Below are positions 24,081-40,768 of a stretch of DNA of 64,000 nucleotides, piece by piece. The translations under genes were made by a program, and so were the position numbers. Each line of letters opens with the position of its first letter. The first letter of the stretch is position 1. The stretch covers positions 29,140,001 through 29,204,000 of the forward strand of contig NC_043012.1 in assembly GCF_006345805.1 (NCBI RefSeq). Reading direction: 5' to 3'. A model generated the notes under the pieces. The model made no database searches. It was not told where the DNA came from and saw nothing but the letters and a program-made list of their open reading frames with translations. This stretch comes from Octopus sinensis. Taxonomy: Eukaryota.

Positions 24081-25708
24081 ATATGCAGGAATATATGCGA
24101 CCAACTTTAGAACCTTTTGCTGAAAAAAATTCGTCCAGCTACCAAAGTAACACCGATTTTCAATTAAACGTTTTGCCACTACGTTAAAAGTGTTATATAT
24201 ATTTTACCTAGTAACATTTGCCAATTAATTCTGATTTCCATGTTATAATATCATTATCTGGTGTATTGTTAAAAAATTTCCGGTCAGAAAACACCTTCTC
24301 AAGCTTATTACAGCTGCTTTTTCGTCTTTCAAAATATGGACTGCGAGAAAGATTTTGACGTACATTTATCAACTCTCACTACTACTCGCGAGCTTTGATA
24401 ACGTCGTTTACATCACCTTCTGCTAGAAATGGCAGTCAAATCTTATTCTCGTATTTGCTGAGTTAATTTCCTGCCAATGTTTATTTCTAAGCAATTCAAT
24501 GTCTTCTAACTATGACACTATGGCTATTTTCCAGTTCCTTTCGCTGCTTTCGACATCTATGACAAGTTTTCTTACCACCATGATCCTCCCTCGTACCAAG
24601 TTCGGTTCTTTTGATCAGTTGTTCGCATCAAGTTTACAATTTCGCCACATATTTATTGCTGTTGTGAATTTTTGACTCTATTTCAAAAGTCATTTTTCCG
24701 TTTCTCACGACCGGAGGATGAGGTAATTTGAAACTTTTTCATCCCACATTCTTCGCCACTTTTCTTCAGCTCCGTTCCTCAGAAATTGTAAGAAGTTAGA
24801 ATTTCTGGATCTGATTTTGGCAGTTTGCATCTTCTTTCTCTCACTCATGACATGCGCCTTCAATCAACGTTTCTCGATGGTTCTGTACCTTACTTTTAAA
24901 CTCGGTGCCCTGTCATGATTGCTATTCGCTATCGTTACCTTTTGGGATCACCATTTGCCAATCTTCACGCAACATCATATCCATTTCGCGACATTTTTGA
25001 ACTTGACGAACGCTCGACCATCGACATTCTTCCTTCTCGATACCAGTAGACCATTTTTTTCTCCGTTAACAACGCCAATAAAATTTATTTCAACCAGTTT
25101 ACATATGGACGTTTCAAATCCCAGACTTGTTAATATTCCTTTTTCGCCGCAAGCACAGTAACCAGCTCATTTCAACATCCTGCTTTGTTCAGTGTATGGC
25201 TTACACCGTTTTTATCACTGCAAGTCCAGCTTCTCGTGATCATCCTCGCACCAGCTCAACTTTTGCCACTGTAAGTTCATTGCTAACTTTCAGCGTTACA
25301 GCTTTTGTCATATTGTCCTTTTCTTCTTATATGAAGTTGCGAGACTCAATTTCGCGGCGTACTAAACTTTTCAGAAGAATTTTCCTGCATGTACTTTGAC
25401 AATGCACTGCTGTTTTCACCTTCAGTATCCGTGCGCTATATACATATTATGTATATACATAACTTTCCGTATTTTCGCATCGTTGGATTCAATTTCTGTG
25501 GACTTTCTAAAAACTCGCATGATTTGAACTAACTTGAACACTTGCACACAGACCGGAACTTTTCCTTAACTTGCGCCTAGTTTGATATTTCTGTTGCTTG
25601 CTTTTTCGTGTATTTGTTCACTTTCCTTTGCATTTGCTTAGTTTTGTATATCACATAATTTTTTATTTTTTAGGATATCTATTCACGTACATATATTTTT
25701 TACGAATA

Positions 25709-25930
25709 TCTCTTATTATAAAAGGCAGATTTTATCTGCCTCCCTTTGTCACTTATAGAAATCTACAATATAGGATTTCTTCAATTACAATTTACCTAGC
25801 ATTTTTAAGAGTAGAATGCATCGGGTCGTGCCAGGTCCAGTTTTTAAAATTTCAACCCCAATTAAGCAAAATTTAGAGAAAACTCACATTGTGGTGTATA
25901 AGTCAAATGCTTCTCTTAATGTGGGCTACA
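25709..25930 (+). mobile_element. 5' part of a non-autonomous Helitron-like repeat (paralog of 18778-19000)
   Basis: A|TCTCTTATTATAAAAG start and near identity to the copy at 18778. Confidence 0.55.
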
Positions 25931-26980
25931 GCACTCGCACACACACACACACACACACAAAAAGGGAGCGATCTCATTCACTCACGCTATCACTCATTTC
26001 TACGACTTTCTCTTGCAAGTTTGCAGCGATTAAAGTGAAACTAATTCGATGAAACGAGAGAAGTGTACCTTAAACCACTACTAAAAAAAAAACAGCAAAC
26101 AGAAACAAATAAATACATAACGATTTACTCCTCACGCAATTTCTTCAATTAGAGTGTACCCATGATTTTTCAGAGTACTTCCAGTGGGTGATGCCATAAA
26201 AAATTTCTTTCAATTTTTTCCACCAATTAAGACAAAATTCGAGAAAACTCAATATTTTAACATTTCACTCCGAAAGCATTGATGTACATGTGTGCGTGCG
26301 TGAGTGTGTGTGTGTCATTCCTCACACACACGCATACACATACATATATGAGAGTGGCAAACACAAACGTTTCAAACAACTACATACAAACACGTGTGTG
26401 TTTGTTATTAGTAAAAAAGGCGCCAAAACACAACTCACTTATCATTCCAACACATTTGCAAAGACACACGGACGGTCGAATTGCTATAACAATACAGAAA
26501 AGGTAAATTGGTTTTTATTTTACGCTGTATATATTTTATTATATAATATTATATATAGATATATGTATATATAATTGCAGTATGAAACAGTGTTTATGTA
26601 TAAACAGACGACACTTATATATAGTTATTAATAAATGTATGCATCCGTTTAACCCTTTCGTTACCAAACCGCCCGAATTTACCTATTCATATTTAAATGA
26701 GAATATCAGAGTAAATCTCTTTAGTACATTCGTGAAAACACGTATTATACTTCGTAAACATTTCAACTACAGTTTTGTACAAAAATCGAAGTGTAATTTT
26801 AATTCCGTGAATTATGGGAGATTTTTTTTCCGAAATTTGTTCCTATTGTGTTTTCAAAATTTGTAATTCTGACAAAAAATGGATACGAATTTCATTATAT
26901 CAAGCAGCGAGTCAAAATTCGAAGGATTTTCTACTGAAGACCTTCATAAATCTAACTCTATGACTGAAAAAAAAAAAGCA

Positions 26981-27275
26981 TCTTTATATAAGAGTGAAGT
27001 TGTGTGTCTGTCTCCTACGATTTAGATTCGTAACTACTCCCACATTTTGCGGTGCAGTTTAACCAAAAGCGGGTATCTTATAGTCGTGATTCATATCGAG
27101 CCCTTCTGGGTATTGGCGCGCGTCTACGATGAGTCTACGATTTAAAAAAAAATTTACCATCATATTTTTCCATTTTAATGCATTTTTTCGCTTTTATATA
27201 AGGGAAGTAACTCTCTAAAAATGCTTATATAGTTATTTCCCTTACAACCCGAGCAACGCCGGGCGATACTGCTAG
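26981..27275 (+). mobile_element. Non-autonomous Helitron (shorter variant of 20314-20706)
   Basis: A|TC start, same body, same cccgagcaacgccggg hairpin and CTAG|T end. Confidence 0.9.
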
Positions 27276-29354
27276 TTCTGTATATTTGTAAAATTGTCTC
27301 AACGTTCGCAAACATGCTTGAATGCCTTCACCCAGTTATATACATGCACCATTGACCATACTTTTGGGTTGCTTTCTCATGCTCACCGCGCCCTTATAAG
27401 ACACAACTTAACTCTATTAGACCCCTGGATGGTCACGTTATAAATAGAGAGTTGCCCGTCTCTTGCAACGCGCCACTCTGCCTTAGTCACGCTCTGACTG
27501 GCATTTTCTGCACTCTGCGCACGCAAGACGACACTGCTATTCGGACTCTCTCAAATAAATCCTGTTCTCTATACAATTGTCGCTACCTCTATTTTGCAAG
27601 CACACACACATACGTTACAGAAGTTTTAACGTTGATTTTTCACTTTGGACCTGAAATATTGCATTTATTCCCTTCTGTTTTCATCAGGTTTTGACATTTT
27701 ATGATGTATACATTTTTGTTATTTTCATTATTGTATACTGTTACCTCTGCCTAAGGGGTGTGTAGCGGTAGCTAGATAGTTGAATGATCTCCCTTGCAAG
27801 AAAGATTATAGAGTAACATCCCTTTCTAAGTTTCTCGAAGCATCTGTGTCATGAGACGTGATTCTTAATTATTCAAGAAGCCTAGCCTTTCTCTTGGAAG
27901 TTTCTAGAATGTCTAGCGTTCCATTAATAAAAATAGCTTGCTAACCCTGCTCCTTGTTTCTTAGTCGACTAGACTCTGAGCCATTCAAGTCATTGCTATG
28001 TCCGTCTATTTCTCTACACCACATGACTGAAAGCCACCACGTAGCTGTTATTTCTATATTGCCTATCTCTGAACTTTTTGCATAGATTGCTTCATTTAAC
28101 TAGACTCTACATTTTGATTATGTATCATCATCGACCAGTAAATAAAATATATTTTATGTAGTAAATATATAGGTCTTGAATTTATTCTTCATCTCTATAT
28201 GAACTCTTGTAATAATATACACGCAGCCATATCAACACCTGGTACTGAATATATATTCCCACTACAAAGGTAATGGAGAGATCACCACAAGAATCAACCA
28301 TTTTGGGGTCTGGGGTGATTGGTGTAATGTATTACTTAGCCACTATGTGCACGGGCTGCTGAAATAGGTAGGGCCGAGGAGGAGAGTGGGGAGTAAATGA
28401 GGACTTTCTGTATGAGTGTGTTTAATGTGATAGTATGAGGCAAATCTAGTAACTTTTTTGCAAATTACAACTTATAAAGTCATTTGATTCAAGATTAAGA
28501 ATATAAGATTCTCTTGGGAAAATACCAGTAAGTCTGAGAATAATTATGAGAGAGCTTCAGGGTTGTGTGTTGATTTGATTTCCGATGGTCGTTGTAGGAG
28601 TGAATGATGTCAATCTCATTTAAATTCCTAGTAACAATATCACCTGTCTAAGAAAATTTGCAAAACCTCGAAGCACTGTTTCTTCCGCCAGATCCAGCAA
28701 GTAAAAAAAGTGCTCCTTGATTCACCGTCCGTTAGCGTACGCACACACACTGGAAAATCAGTAATACAAGCACAAGCACAAGGTAGAGCGCTTAAAAGCA
28801 CGACTAAGCGCGTTTAGAATTAATACTGAATAAAAGCAACAAAAGAATTGAAGAAAGCACAGACAAACAGACAGGCAGACACACACACAGAAACTAAAAA
28901 ATCGCTCGTAAGCAGGTGCGCATATATACGTAACATGCTTATGCATTCTACAAACCTATATACAGGAACACACATTCGTGCCAAAATGACACGGCATAAT
29001 ACTTGCATGCAATCGCTCAAGCCATGCGAAACAACGATTCAATTTTGCTCAAATCTTGCTCTTGTTGTAAACAAAGATTGCAACGTACTATCTTGATATA
29101 GAAAGATAAAAGACGTGATGGTCATGGCAGGAACATCGTTGAGGATTGGTTTGATCAATGAAAGATGATCTGGGATACATATACGGACGCACGGACGTAT
29201 ATACAGACAAATGCAAACATAAGAGGCTATATATAGTTTTTCGAGGCAGAGAAGAAAAAGAATGTTCCGTTCTAGGAGTCAGATAGTCCGCTTATGTGAA
29301 AACCAAAGAGAAAGAGCGCAACGAACAAACAACTGCTTCGAAAGCTCCAGCTTC

Positions 29355-29545
29355 TATACTCGAATTATAAATTCATATTGGGACCAATAATAACTGGTAC
29401 GCTTGGTTTTGTTAGTAAGTGCCTATGTAATGATTTAGAAAAGCTTGGGTTTTCAGAAAAAAAGGAATCAGTCAGCTTACTTGCACATTATAAATACAAG
29501 CGGAACAGTAAAAATATGCCAGACTTTTCAAAAATCCAAAATCTG
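29355..29545 (+). mobile_element. C-terminal fragment of an RLE-type retrotransposon
   Basis: FILGPIITGTLGFVSKCLCNDLEKLGFS resembles the IPIVIGALG end of the RLE domain. Confidence 0.5.
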
Positions 29546-30480
29546 ACATTGGTTTTGTTATCTACATTCCAACGACGTTACTTTGTATCTTAGTTCGAAA
29601 GCAGTTCCTTCTTCATACGGTGATTGGAAATAATTAAAAACAGAACATAGATGCAAACAGCCATAATGTATACATACATACATACAAACATATATACATA
29701 CATACAAACATATATACATACATACAAACATATATACATACATACGTCTTCCAAAGTCTGTATATTTTGACCTTAAATTCACCACTGTGATTTCTTTTAC
29801 AAATATCCAAAGGATATGTCCTGGGATCCACAGCAACAAGAGACATTTATATTTTTCATAATATATCTACAATCTGTGCCTGAAATATATATAATGCCGT
29901 AAAGGAGCTGGATTTAATCACGTTTTCTATTAATATGTGGATGAAGATTGGCCCAAAGAAATGTGGGAAGCGGTTCCCTAAGCACCATATCTCTACATAA
30001 ATGGTCTCTCTATCTCCTCTTCCCACAAAAGGATTACTATGAATACTTAGGTATTAATAAAAATATATTATAGAAAAGCATATATGTACATGTATCTTTT
30101 TTCTTTTATTAGACTGCGGCAATGCTGGGCACAGCTTTGAATTTTGGTCGAAAGAATCAACCTGAGTAATGTTTTTTGTAAAGCCTGGTACATAAACAAT
30201 CAGTATTGATTGTCAACCAGTGGTGGGGTACAAACACAAACACAAAGACACACACAGACATGCAGATATATATACGACGGGCTTTTTTTAGTTTAAGTCT
30301 ACCAAATCCACTCACAAAGTTTTAATTGGCACAAGGCTATAGTAGAAAACACTTGCTCAAGGTGCCACGCAGTGGGACTGAATCCAAAACTATATGTTTG
30401 GGAAGCAAACTTATATATCATATTTACATATACACAGGCGCAGGCGTGGCCGTATGGTAAGAAGATTGGTTCCCAACCAC

Positions 30481-31065
30481 CTGGTTTCAGGTTCAGTCCC
30501 ACAGTGCACAACCTTGAGTCTCCTACTATAGCACAACGTCAAATAAAACCTTGTTAGTGGATTTGGTAGACGGATAGTGAAGATTGTTGTTTGTGTGTGC
30601 CTCTGTGCGCGCGCGTGTGTGTGTGTGCGCGTGCGCGCGTGTTTATCGTTTGTAGAAAACATAAATCCAGAGAAGCACGCTCTAAGGTGTAGAGCAGTAT
30701 ATATTTTTTTACTGGGGAAGGCCAGTTTATGGGATTATCCTCGGTTTCCCATCCATAAAGGATTTAACTTTATGGCATATCGCTAGATCCCAAAACCTGT
30801 TAGCTTAAGACCTGTGTGTATTAGAGCGTGCTTCTCTGGATTTATATTTTCTACAAACGATAAACACGCGCGCGCGCACACAGAGGCACACACACACACA
30901 CACACGCACACAGAGGCACACGCCCCCCCCCCCACACACACAGAGGCACACACAGACAACAAGCTTCACTATCCGTCTACCAAATCCACTCACAAGGTTT
31001 TATTTAACGTTGTGCTATAGTAGGAGACTCAAGGTTGTGCACTGTGGGACTGAACCTGAAACCAG
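30481..31065. repeat. Local inverted (fold-back) duplication of a degraded SINE plus flank
   Basis: Arms 30481-30685 and 30821-31065 are reverse complements, including non-SINE sequence (cgtttgtagaaaacataaatccagagaagcacgctctaa). Confidence 0.9.
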
Positions 31066-31401
31066 TGTATGTATGTATGTATGTATGTATGTATGTTGTA
31101 TGTATGTATGTATGTATGTATGTATGTATACGATGGACTCTATTATCGAAGACGACATATGAGCGTTTAGCTTTTGTCGAACAACCCGCACAAATGGCTT
31201 GTTTATAGTGATCAAATGTTCGTGCTGCACATTATCTCATTCTCTCCATCAAATCGACCTTGGCTCAAGAGGTGAATTGTATACAACACGTCAGTTGTCG
31301 AATAAATTGCAGAGTAACATGGGGTGAAGAGTTTTGCTAAAGAACATAATGATTAATGAAGCTTGCAAACAGTGACCAGCCAAATACATAAATATCCAAA
31401 C

Positions 31402-31467
31402 ATGAACTTTTCAATCCACTCCAGTGTGTGTGTGTGCGCGTGTGCGTTTGTGTGTGCGCATGCATGC

Positions 31468-31502
<35 letters not shown>

Positions 31503-31650
31503 TCTCTGTGTATCTTTCTTTCTGTGTTTGCCCAACATCACCGGTTATCATTTGGTGGTGGTGTGTTTACGACCACGTAACGTAGCAAATGTCCGATAGA
31601 ATAACTACTAGGTCTTACACCCAAAAACTGGGGTCGATCGTTCGACTAAA
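31402..31650. repeat. Direct repeat, copy 1 (partner at 35737-36028)
   Basis: Shares private SINE variants with the partner, e.g. ggtcttacacccaaaaactggggtcga. Confidence 0.85.
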
Positions 31651-33310
31651 CCCACCGCCTAAGGAATTTTCTAGACATCCTACTGAAACCCTTGCTGAAA
31701 TACATCAAAAGTTTCATTAGAGATGATTTAGACATGCTCGAACACCTACCAAAAACAATTAATGAAGAAGCAATATTGGTCACCCTCGATGTTATCAATC
31801 TTTACACCAACATCCTCCCATGACTATGGAATAAAAGCAATTAAATTCTGGTTAGAAAAGTACCCCAAAGTACTCCTGGAACGCATAAATCAGATCTTTA
31901 TTATTGAATCTTTAAAATTTATACTTCAGAACAATTACTTCCTATTTGATGATACTTATTATCGTCAAAAATGCGAAATTGCGATGGGAACGAAAGCAAT
32001 TGCGAACCTGATAATGAGTTATTTTGAATTCACCATATATGAAGTGTCACTTCAAAAATATGGTTATCCATTTCACCATTACATAAGAGAAAGCTGGAAA
32101 AGATACATGGATGACTGTTTTATCATTTGGAAGGAGACTATTGACAAACTTTTGCACTTCAAATCGACACTAAATGATATAATTAGTAACATTCAATTCA
32201 CAATGGAATTTAGCAAAGAGCAGCTCCCATTTTTGGATGTTATGATAAAAAAAGTCAACAAACAAATTACAACTGAGATCTATCATAAATCAACGGACTC
32301 GAAACAATATCTCCTCTTTAGCTCATGCCACACGAAACACATCAAAATAGACATCCCCTTTAATTTGGCAAAAAAGGATTTGCACAATAGTGCCTGATAG
32401 AACTACTCGGGACCTTCATCTTGAAGACCTCAAAACTACAGTAAAAGAGAGACAATATCCACCTTCACTTATAGACGATGGAATTGAGCGTGCCAAGAAA
32501 TTAGACATAAAAACACTAAGGACAACAAAGCATAACACCACACCTCATCTCAAAACACTACTGTATATGTCAACACACAACCCTAGGAACAATGAGGCAT
32601 ACAACACAATTGTGGAAAATCTCCCTTTACTAACTAGAGGCCCAAAAAAGAACAACATCCTGAAAGCGCATAAACTCATCAAATGCAAAAGCAACACAAA
32701 TCGCTAAAGAGACTTCAAACAAATGCGAAGCTTTACACAACAACCACGAACCCAAATAGAAGATCCGACTTCCACAATACCAACAAATTCCCTTAAGTGA
32801 GCACATAGAGAAATGTGCAGGTAACATTAAACCAAATTTCAAAGTTTTCCCCTTCTACCAGTGCAAAGATACAATTTCTTTACAAGAACGTTTGAATAAA
32901 GAAATTTTTTTATCGAAAAATACAGAACTTGTCTAAATATGTACGCATAACCATCTTTGATCTCTTTACATATTTTAATTCACGATTACATACCCATCCC
33001 TTTACATATTTCTCCCCACTACTCTAGTTTTCGAATTTTTGTGTATATATATTCCCTCCCCCATACTGAAAGCTGAACAATTACCTCTCCTGCCCACAAT
33101 AATAACGACAGCCAATTACCTCCCCTTAGATTTTTCTAATTGTTGCATCATTCATTCATAAACTTCACACACAACATGGACAAAAAATTCTTCTTAAAAA
33201 AATACGTATTTAAATAAAGTTTAATGTCATGAATAGCGAAAGCGAAACCGGTCGGTAAATACAATACATGATATATTAAAAATTATATTAAAACTATGTA
33301 AAGTGTGTGC
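31648..33310 (+). mobile_element. 5'-truncated Penelope-like element (RT, partial GIY-YIG, 3' region with degenerate hammerhead)
   Basis: LVTLDVINLYTNI, NNYFLFDDTYYRQKCEIAMGTK, WKRYMDDCF, FTMEFSKEQLPFLDV and IYHKSTDSKQYLLFSSCH are Penelope-type RT motifs. Only the C-terminal part of the endonuclease is recognisable. GAAACCGGTC at 33244-33253. Confidence 0.9.
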
Positions 33311-33351
33311 ATTTTCCTTCTTTAATTTCTTTCGTATATATATGTATATAT

Positions 33352-33413
<62 letters not shown>

Positions 33414-33418
33414 ATATA

Positions 33419-33798
33419 CACTACCGTAAGAAATTAATTAGCACCTTTGATTTGCTCTTCACTCAAGGTATGTGCTGTCACCTAGTGGCCATATCTCGAA
33501 CTATTGCTTTGTTGCGAGTTCACTGTTGCGCAGAACGATGACGTAACTTTGTTTGCAGAGCAGTTTGAGAGTCTACAGCCTTATGATGTTGACATAGCAG
33601 TGCAACAACAACTTGGAGTGCGGATGCAGACAAATCTTCCTTTGTTTAATAGATATAGGTAGCGCCTCGCAAGGACCGAAATCACACCATACTAAGTTTT
33701 CTCATCGCGTAAGACGTTTTGAACAGCTCATAGGTTAATTGATTTAACCTATTTAATGTAGAAATTTGAGAAGTGCTAATTAATTTCTGACGCAAGTG
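33419..33798. mobile_element. 380-bp Tc1-like MITE, copy 1
   Basis: Imperfect TIRs CACTACCGTAAGAAATTAATTAGCAC / GTGCTAATTAATTTCTGACGCAAGTG, flanked by TA. Confidence 0.8.
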
Positions 33799-33850
33799 TA
33801 TATATATATATATTTATATATATATGTGTATATACATACACACACACACA

Positions 33851-33895
<45 letters not shown>

Positions 33896-33905
33896 TATAT
33901 ATATA

Positions 33906-33960
<55 letters not shown>

Positions 33961-34340
33961 CACTACCGTAAGAAATTAATTAGCACCTTTGATTTGCTCT
34001 TCACTCAAGGTATGTGCTGTCACCTAGTGGCCATATCTCGAACTATTGCTTTGTTGCGAGTTCACTGTTGCGCAGAACGATGACGTAACTTTGTTTGCAG
34101 AGCAGTTTGAGAGTCTACAGCCTTATGATGTTGACATAGCAGTGCAACAACAACTTGGAGTGCGGATGCAGACAAATCTTCCTTTGTTTAATAGATATAG
34201 GTAGCGCCTCGCAAGGACCGAAATCACACCATACTAAGTTTTCTCATCGCGTAAGACGTTTTGAACAGCTCATAGGTTAATTGATTTAACCTATTTAATG
34301 TAGAAATTTGAGAAGTGCTAATTAATTTCTGACGCAAGTG
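33961..34340. mobile_element. 380-bp Tc1-like MITE, copy 2 (identical by eye)
   Basis: Same sequence as 33419-33798, period 542 bp. Confidence 0.8.
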
Positions 34341-34392
34341 TATATATATATATATTTATATATATATGTGTATATACATACACACACACACA

Positions 34393-34465
<73 letters not shown>

Positions 34466-34470
34466 ATATA

Positions 34471-35510
34471 CGGGAGTGAGCTGAAAGTTCACATAAGCTG
34501 ACCAAATACTCTCATGGAGTGTGACCAAATGAGGTTTATTTTTCAACATGTGCCCTCCTCTCTTGCGATCCGCACTCTTCTATCGGTGTTGCAGTACTTG
34601 GATCCCATTTGTGAAGAGGCTATCATCCTATTGCTCAAAAATGTCATGAACAGCAGACGTAACGTCATCATCACTGCGATACTGGTTCCTAGGCAAGTTG
34701 GTTTTTTTTTCTGCTCGAGAACAGATGATAGTCCGATGGGGCCAGTTCAGAAGAATAGGGAAGGTGATCAACCATTTCAAAGCGGCAGTTACGCCTGCAG
34801 TCATTGAAACGAAGGTCTTGTGTACTGGAGCATTGTCCTGATGAAACAAGAACCCATCATTCAGATTCCTGGCTGTTTGGTCTTGGTAGTCTTTCGTAAC
34901 TGCCTAAGCAAGTTAGCATAGTACTCACCATTGATGGCGTGACTCTTTTGAATATATTCAATAAGAACAATCCCTTTTGTTTCCCAAAAAATTAAGTCCA
35001 TTATTTTCCCTGCAGAAGAAGCGATTTTGACCTTCTTTAGAACAGGTGAAGAGGATTGATTCCATTGCAAGGATTGTCTCTTTGTCTCTGGCCGAAAGTG
35101 AAGCCAACACTCATCCTAGGTTAAGAAACGTTCAAGGAAAGCAGCTGGATCTGCCTCACACAATGTCACATTTTTAACCGTGATGTGATCAGCCTGGTGC
35201 ACTTTTGATCAGGTGTCAGATGACGAGTAAACCACCGAGCGGAAGGCATCGTCAGGCCAAGTTCATTGGGCAGAATATTCTCCAGTGTCACGGGATAGGC
35301 TAATAGCACTGACATTTTTGATTTAATAGTCAATCGCCTTTCATCCATCACTATGTGTTGAACATAATCAATGTTTCCTTGGTGGTTGTAGTTGCAGGAT
35401 ATCCAGACTCCGGGATATCTTCAAGACTCACCCTTCCCTTCCTAAATTCAGCTGCCTACTGTTGATAAACCTGGAGCCTCATTCCTTAATGTAGCGAGCA
35501 TATCAGCATG
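34471..35510 (-). mobile_element. Degraded mariner element
   Basis: WFTRHLTPDQK (WVPR-like), SAGKIMDLIFWETKGIVLIEY, INGEYYANLLRQLR and FHQDNAPVH; TIR-like end TA|CGGGAGTGAGCTGAAAGTT at 34471. Confidence 0.88.
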
Positions 35511-35736
35511 TCCACGGGGCGGGTGTGTGTGTGTTAAACCCCTTTTCTGCAGGTACTTGTAAGACCACGAATCCAAATTTTGTCTATTTTAAAGAGAAGT
35601 CACTACTAGTTATTTTTGCAGCCTTCTTTGAACAGTCAGGTGTCACTTTAGCTGGAAAGAAACAATTAATAAGAACAGTTGAAGTTAATACATTCAAGAT
35701 TTCACAGCTGTCTCATCACTCCTTCATAATCAGCCT

Positions 35737-35821
35737 ATGAACTTTTCAATCCACTCCCGTGTGTGTGTGTGTGTGTGTGTGTGTGTCTGTGTGTGTGCGT
35801 TTGTGTGTGCGCATGCACGCG

Positions 35822-35878
<57 letters not shown>

Positions 35879-36028
35879 CTCTCTGTGTATCTTTCTTTCT
35901 GTGTTTGCCCAACATCACCGGTTATCATTTGGTGGTGGTGTGTTTACGTCCACGTAACGTAGCAAATGTCCGATAGAATAACTACTAGGTCTTACACCCA
36001 AAAACTGGGGTCGATTCGTTCGACTAAA
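35737..36028. repeat. Direct repeat, copy 2 (partner at 31402-31650); the SINE continues intact to about 36090
   Basis: Near identity to copy 1 apart from microsatellite lengths. Confidence 0.85.
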
Positions 36029-36331
36029 ATTCAAGGCGGTGCCCCAGCATGGCCGCAGTCTAATGACAAACAAATAAAAGATAAAAGACAAAAAAGTACA
36101 TAATATCCACATACACCTATATGTATGCATGTGTGTACATATGTATACGTGTGTGTGTGTGTGTGTTGTGTGTTTGCGGGGGGGGGGGAGAGTCCACAAG
36201 AGATAGGAGGAAGCACATAAGAAATACTTGGAAAAAAGAAATACAGTATAATGAGTAGATAGACCACCGACAGACACACAGACAGAAAGACAGTCGAACA
36301 GACAGACAGACAGATGGATAGACAGACACAC

Positions 36332-36400
<69 letters not shown>

Positions 36401-37014
36401 GGGGGTAGTGTATGTGTGAAATGATAAGTAGGCAGAGTCAATGATATAGAAGAGGGACATATAATAAAGATAATTTACATCCTGAGAAAAAATAAATAAA
36501 TAACGAAGAAAGAGTAAAAAGAATTGAATGAAAGAAACTAAGCAAAATCGAGAGGACAGAAAGAATGAGAGAAGAATATAGAAATGAATGAAGGAGAGAT
36601 GGCAAGTTAGGGAGAGAGCGAAATGAAAGAAAGCAAGCAAAACGGAAGGGAGGAGAGTAAAATTGGAAACATTTTCTGCCCGAGTTGTTTCAGTGATTGG
36701 ACTCATTCCGGATGGCATCAATTTTGCCATTCGTCTTACTACAGTATCATGTCTTCCATCGGGGAAGAGATGTAAAAAACGAGAAGAGTGACAGAGGAGG
36801 GAAGTGTGGTGAAGAGGGAAGTGTGGTGGCGATGGAAGTAGGGGCTACTTGTCCATCCAAACAACACAAGCTGAAGAGTTAACACAATATTCTTGTTTGA
36901 GTGTCTTCCAATAAATATAATACTGTTATTACTATTATTTTCTTTCTTAAGGCGGCTAGACACCCCCCCCTCAAAACTTCACGTCTTGTGCCTATAAGCG
37001 AAAGGATTCTTGAG

Positions 37015-37205
37015 ACGGTGAGCTAGCAGAAACGTTAGCACACCGGACTAAATGCTTAGCAGCATTTCGTCCGCTTTTACGTGGTCGACTTTACCTTTCA
37101 TCCTTTCGGGGTCGATAAAATAAATACCAGTTACGCACTGGGGTCGATGTAATCGACTTGTCCCTTCCCTTGAACTTGCAGGCCTTGCGCCAAAATTTGA
37201 AACCA
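37015..37205 (+). mobile_element. SINE (family C)
   Basis: ggtgagctagcagaaacgttagcac head, tttcatcctttcggggtcgataaaataaataccagttacgcactggggtcgat body, ccaaaatttgaaacca tail. Confidence 0.85.
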
Positions 37206-37210
37206 TTCTT

Positions 37211-40662
<3,452 letters not shown>

Positions 40663-40663
40663 A

Positions 40664-40714
<51 letters not shown>

Positions 40715-40716
<2 letters not shown>

Positions 40717-40768
40717 GGCGGGGCGCTGGCAGAATGGTTAGCACGCCGGACAAAACACTCAACGGCAT
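40715..40768 (+). mobile_element. 5' head (about 55 bp) of SINE family C, joined to the Tx1 fragment
   Basis: aaggcggggcgctggcagaatggttagcacgccggacaaaacactcaacggcat matches the heads at 47985 and 5770. Confidence 0.8.

Noticed and set aside
24330-25440. Purine-biased minus-strand stretch that looks like decayed coding sequence (includes LPHPP)
   Set aside because: It has many stops in all frames and I could not place a convincing motif series; it needs BLASTX or HMMER.
26649-26900. TTAACCCTTTCGTTACC piggyBac-like terminus
   Set aside because: No matching opposite terminus was found in the window.
27280-28030. Two LTR-like segments (TATA/AATAAA, ...ACA ends); a similar one lies at about 55030-55550
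   Set aside because: No TSD and no partner LTR in the window, so they cannot be supported without a library search.
36670-36790. Short open stretches as possible host exons (also about 63070-63175 on the minus strand)
   Set aside because: No recognisable domain and only weak splice signals; RNA-seq evidence would be required.
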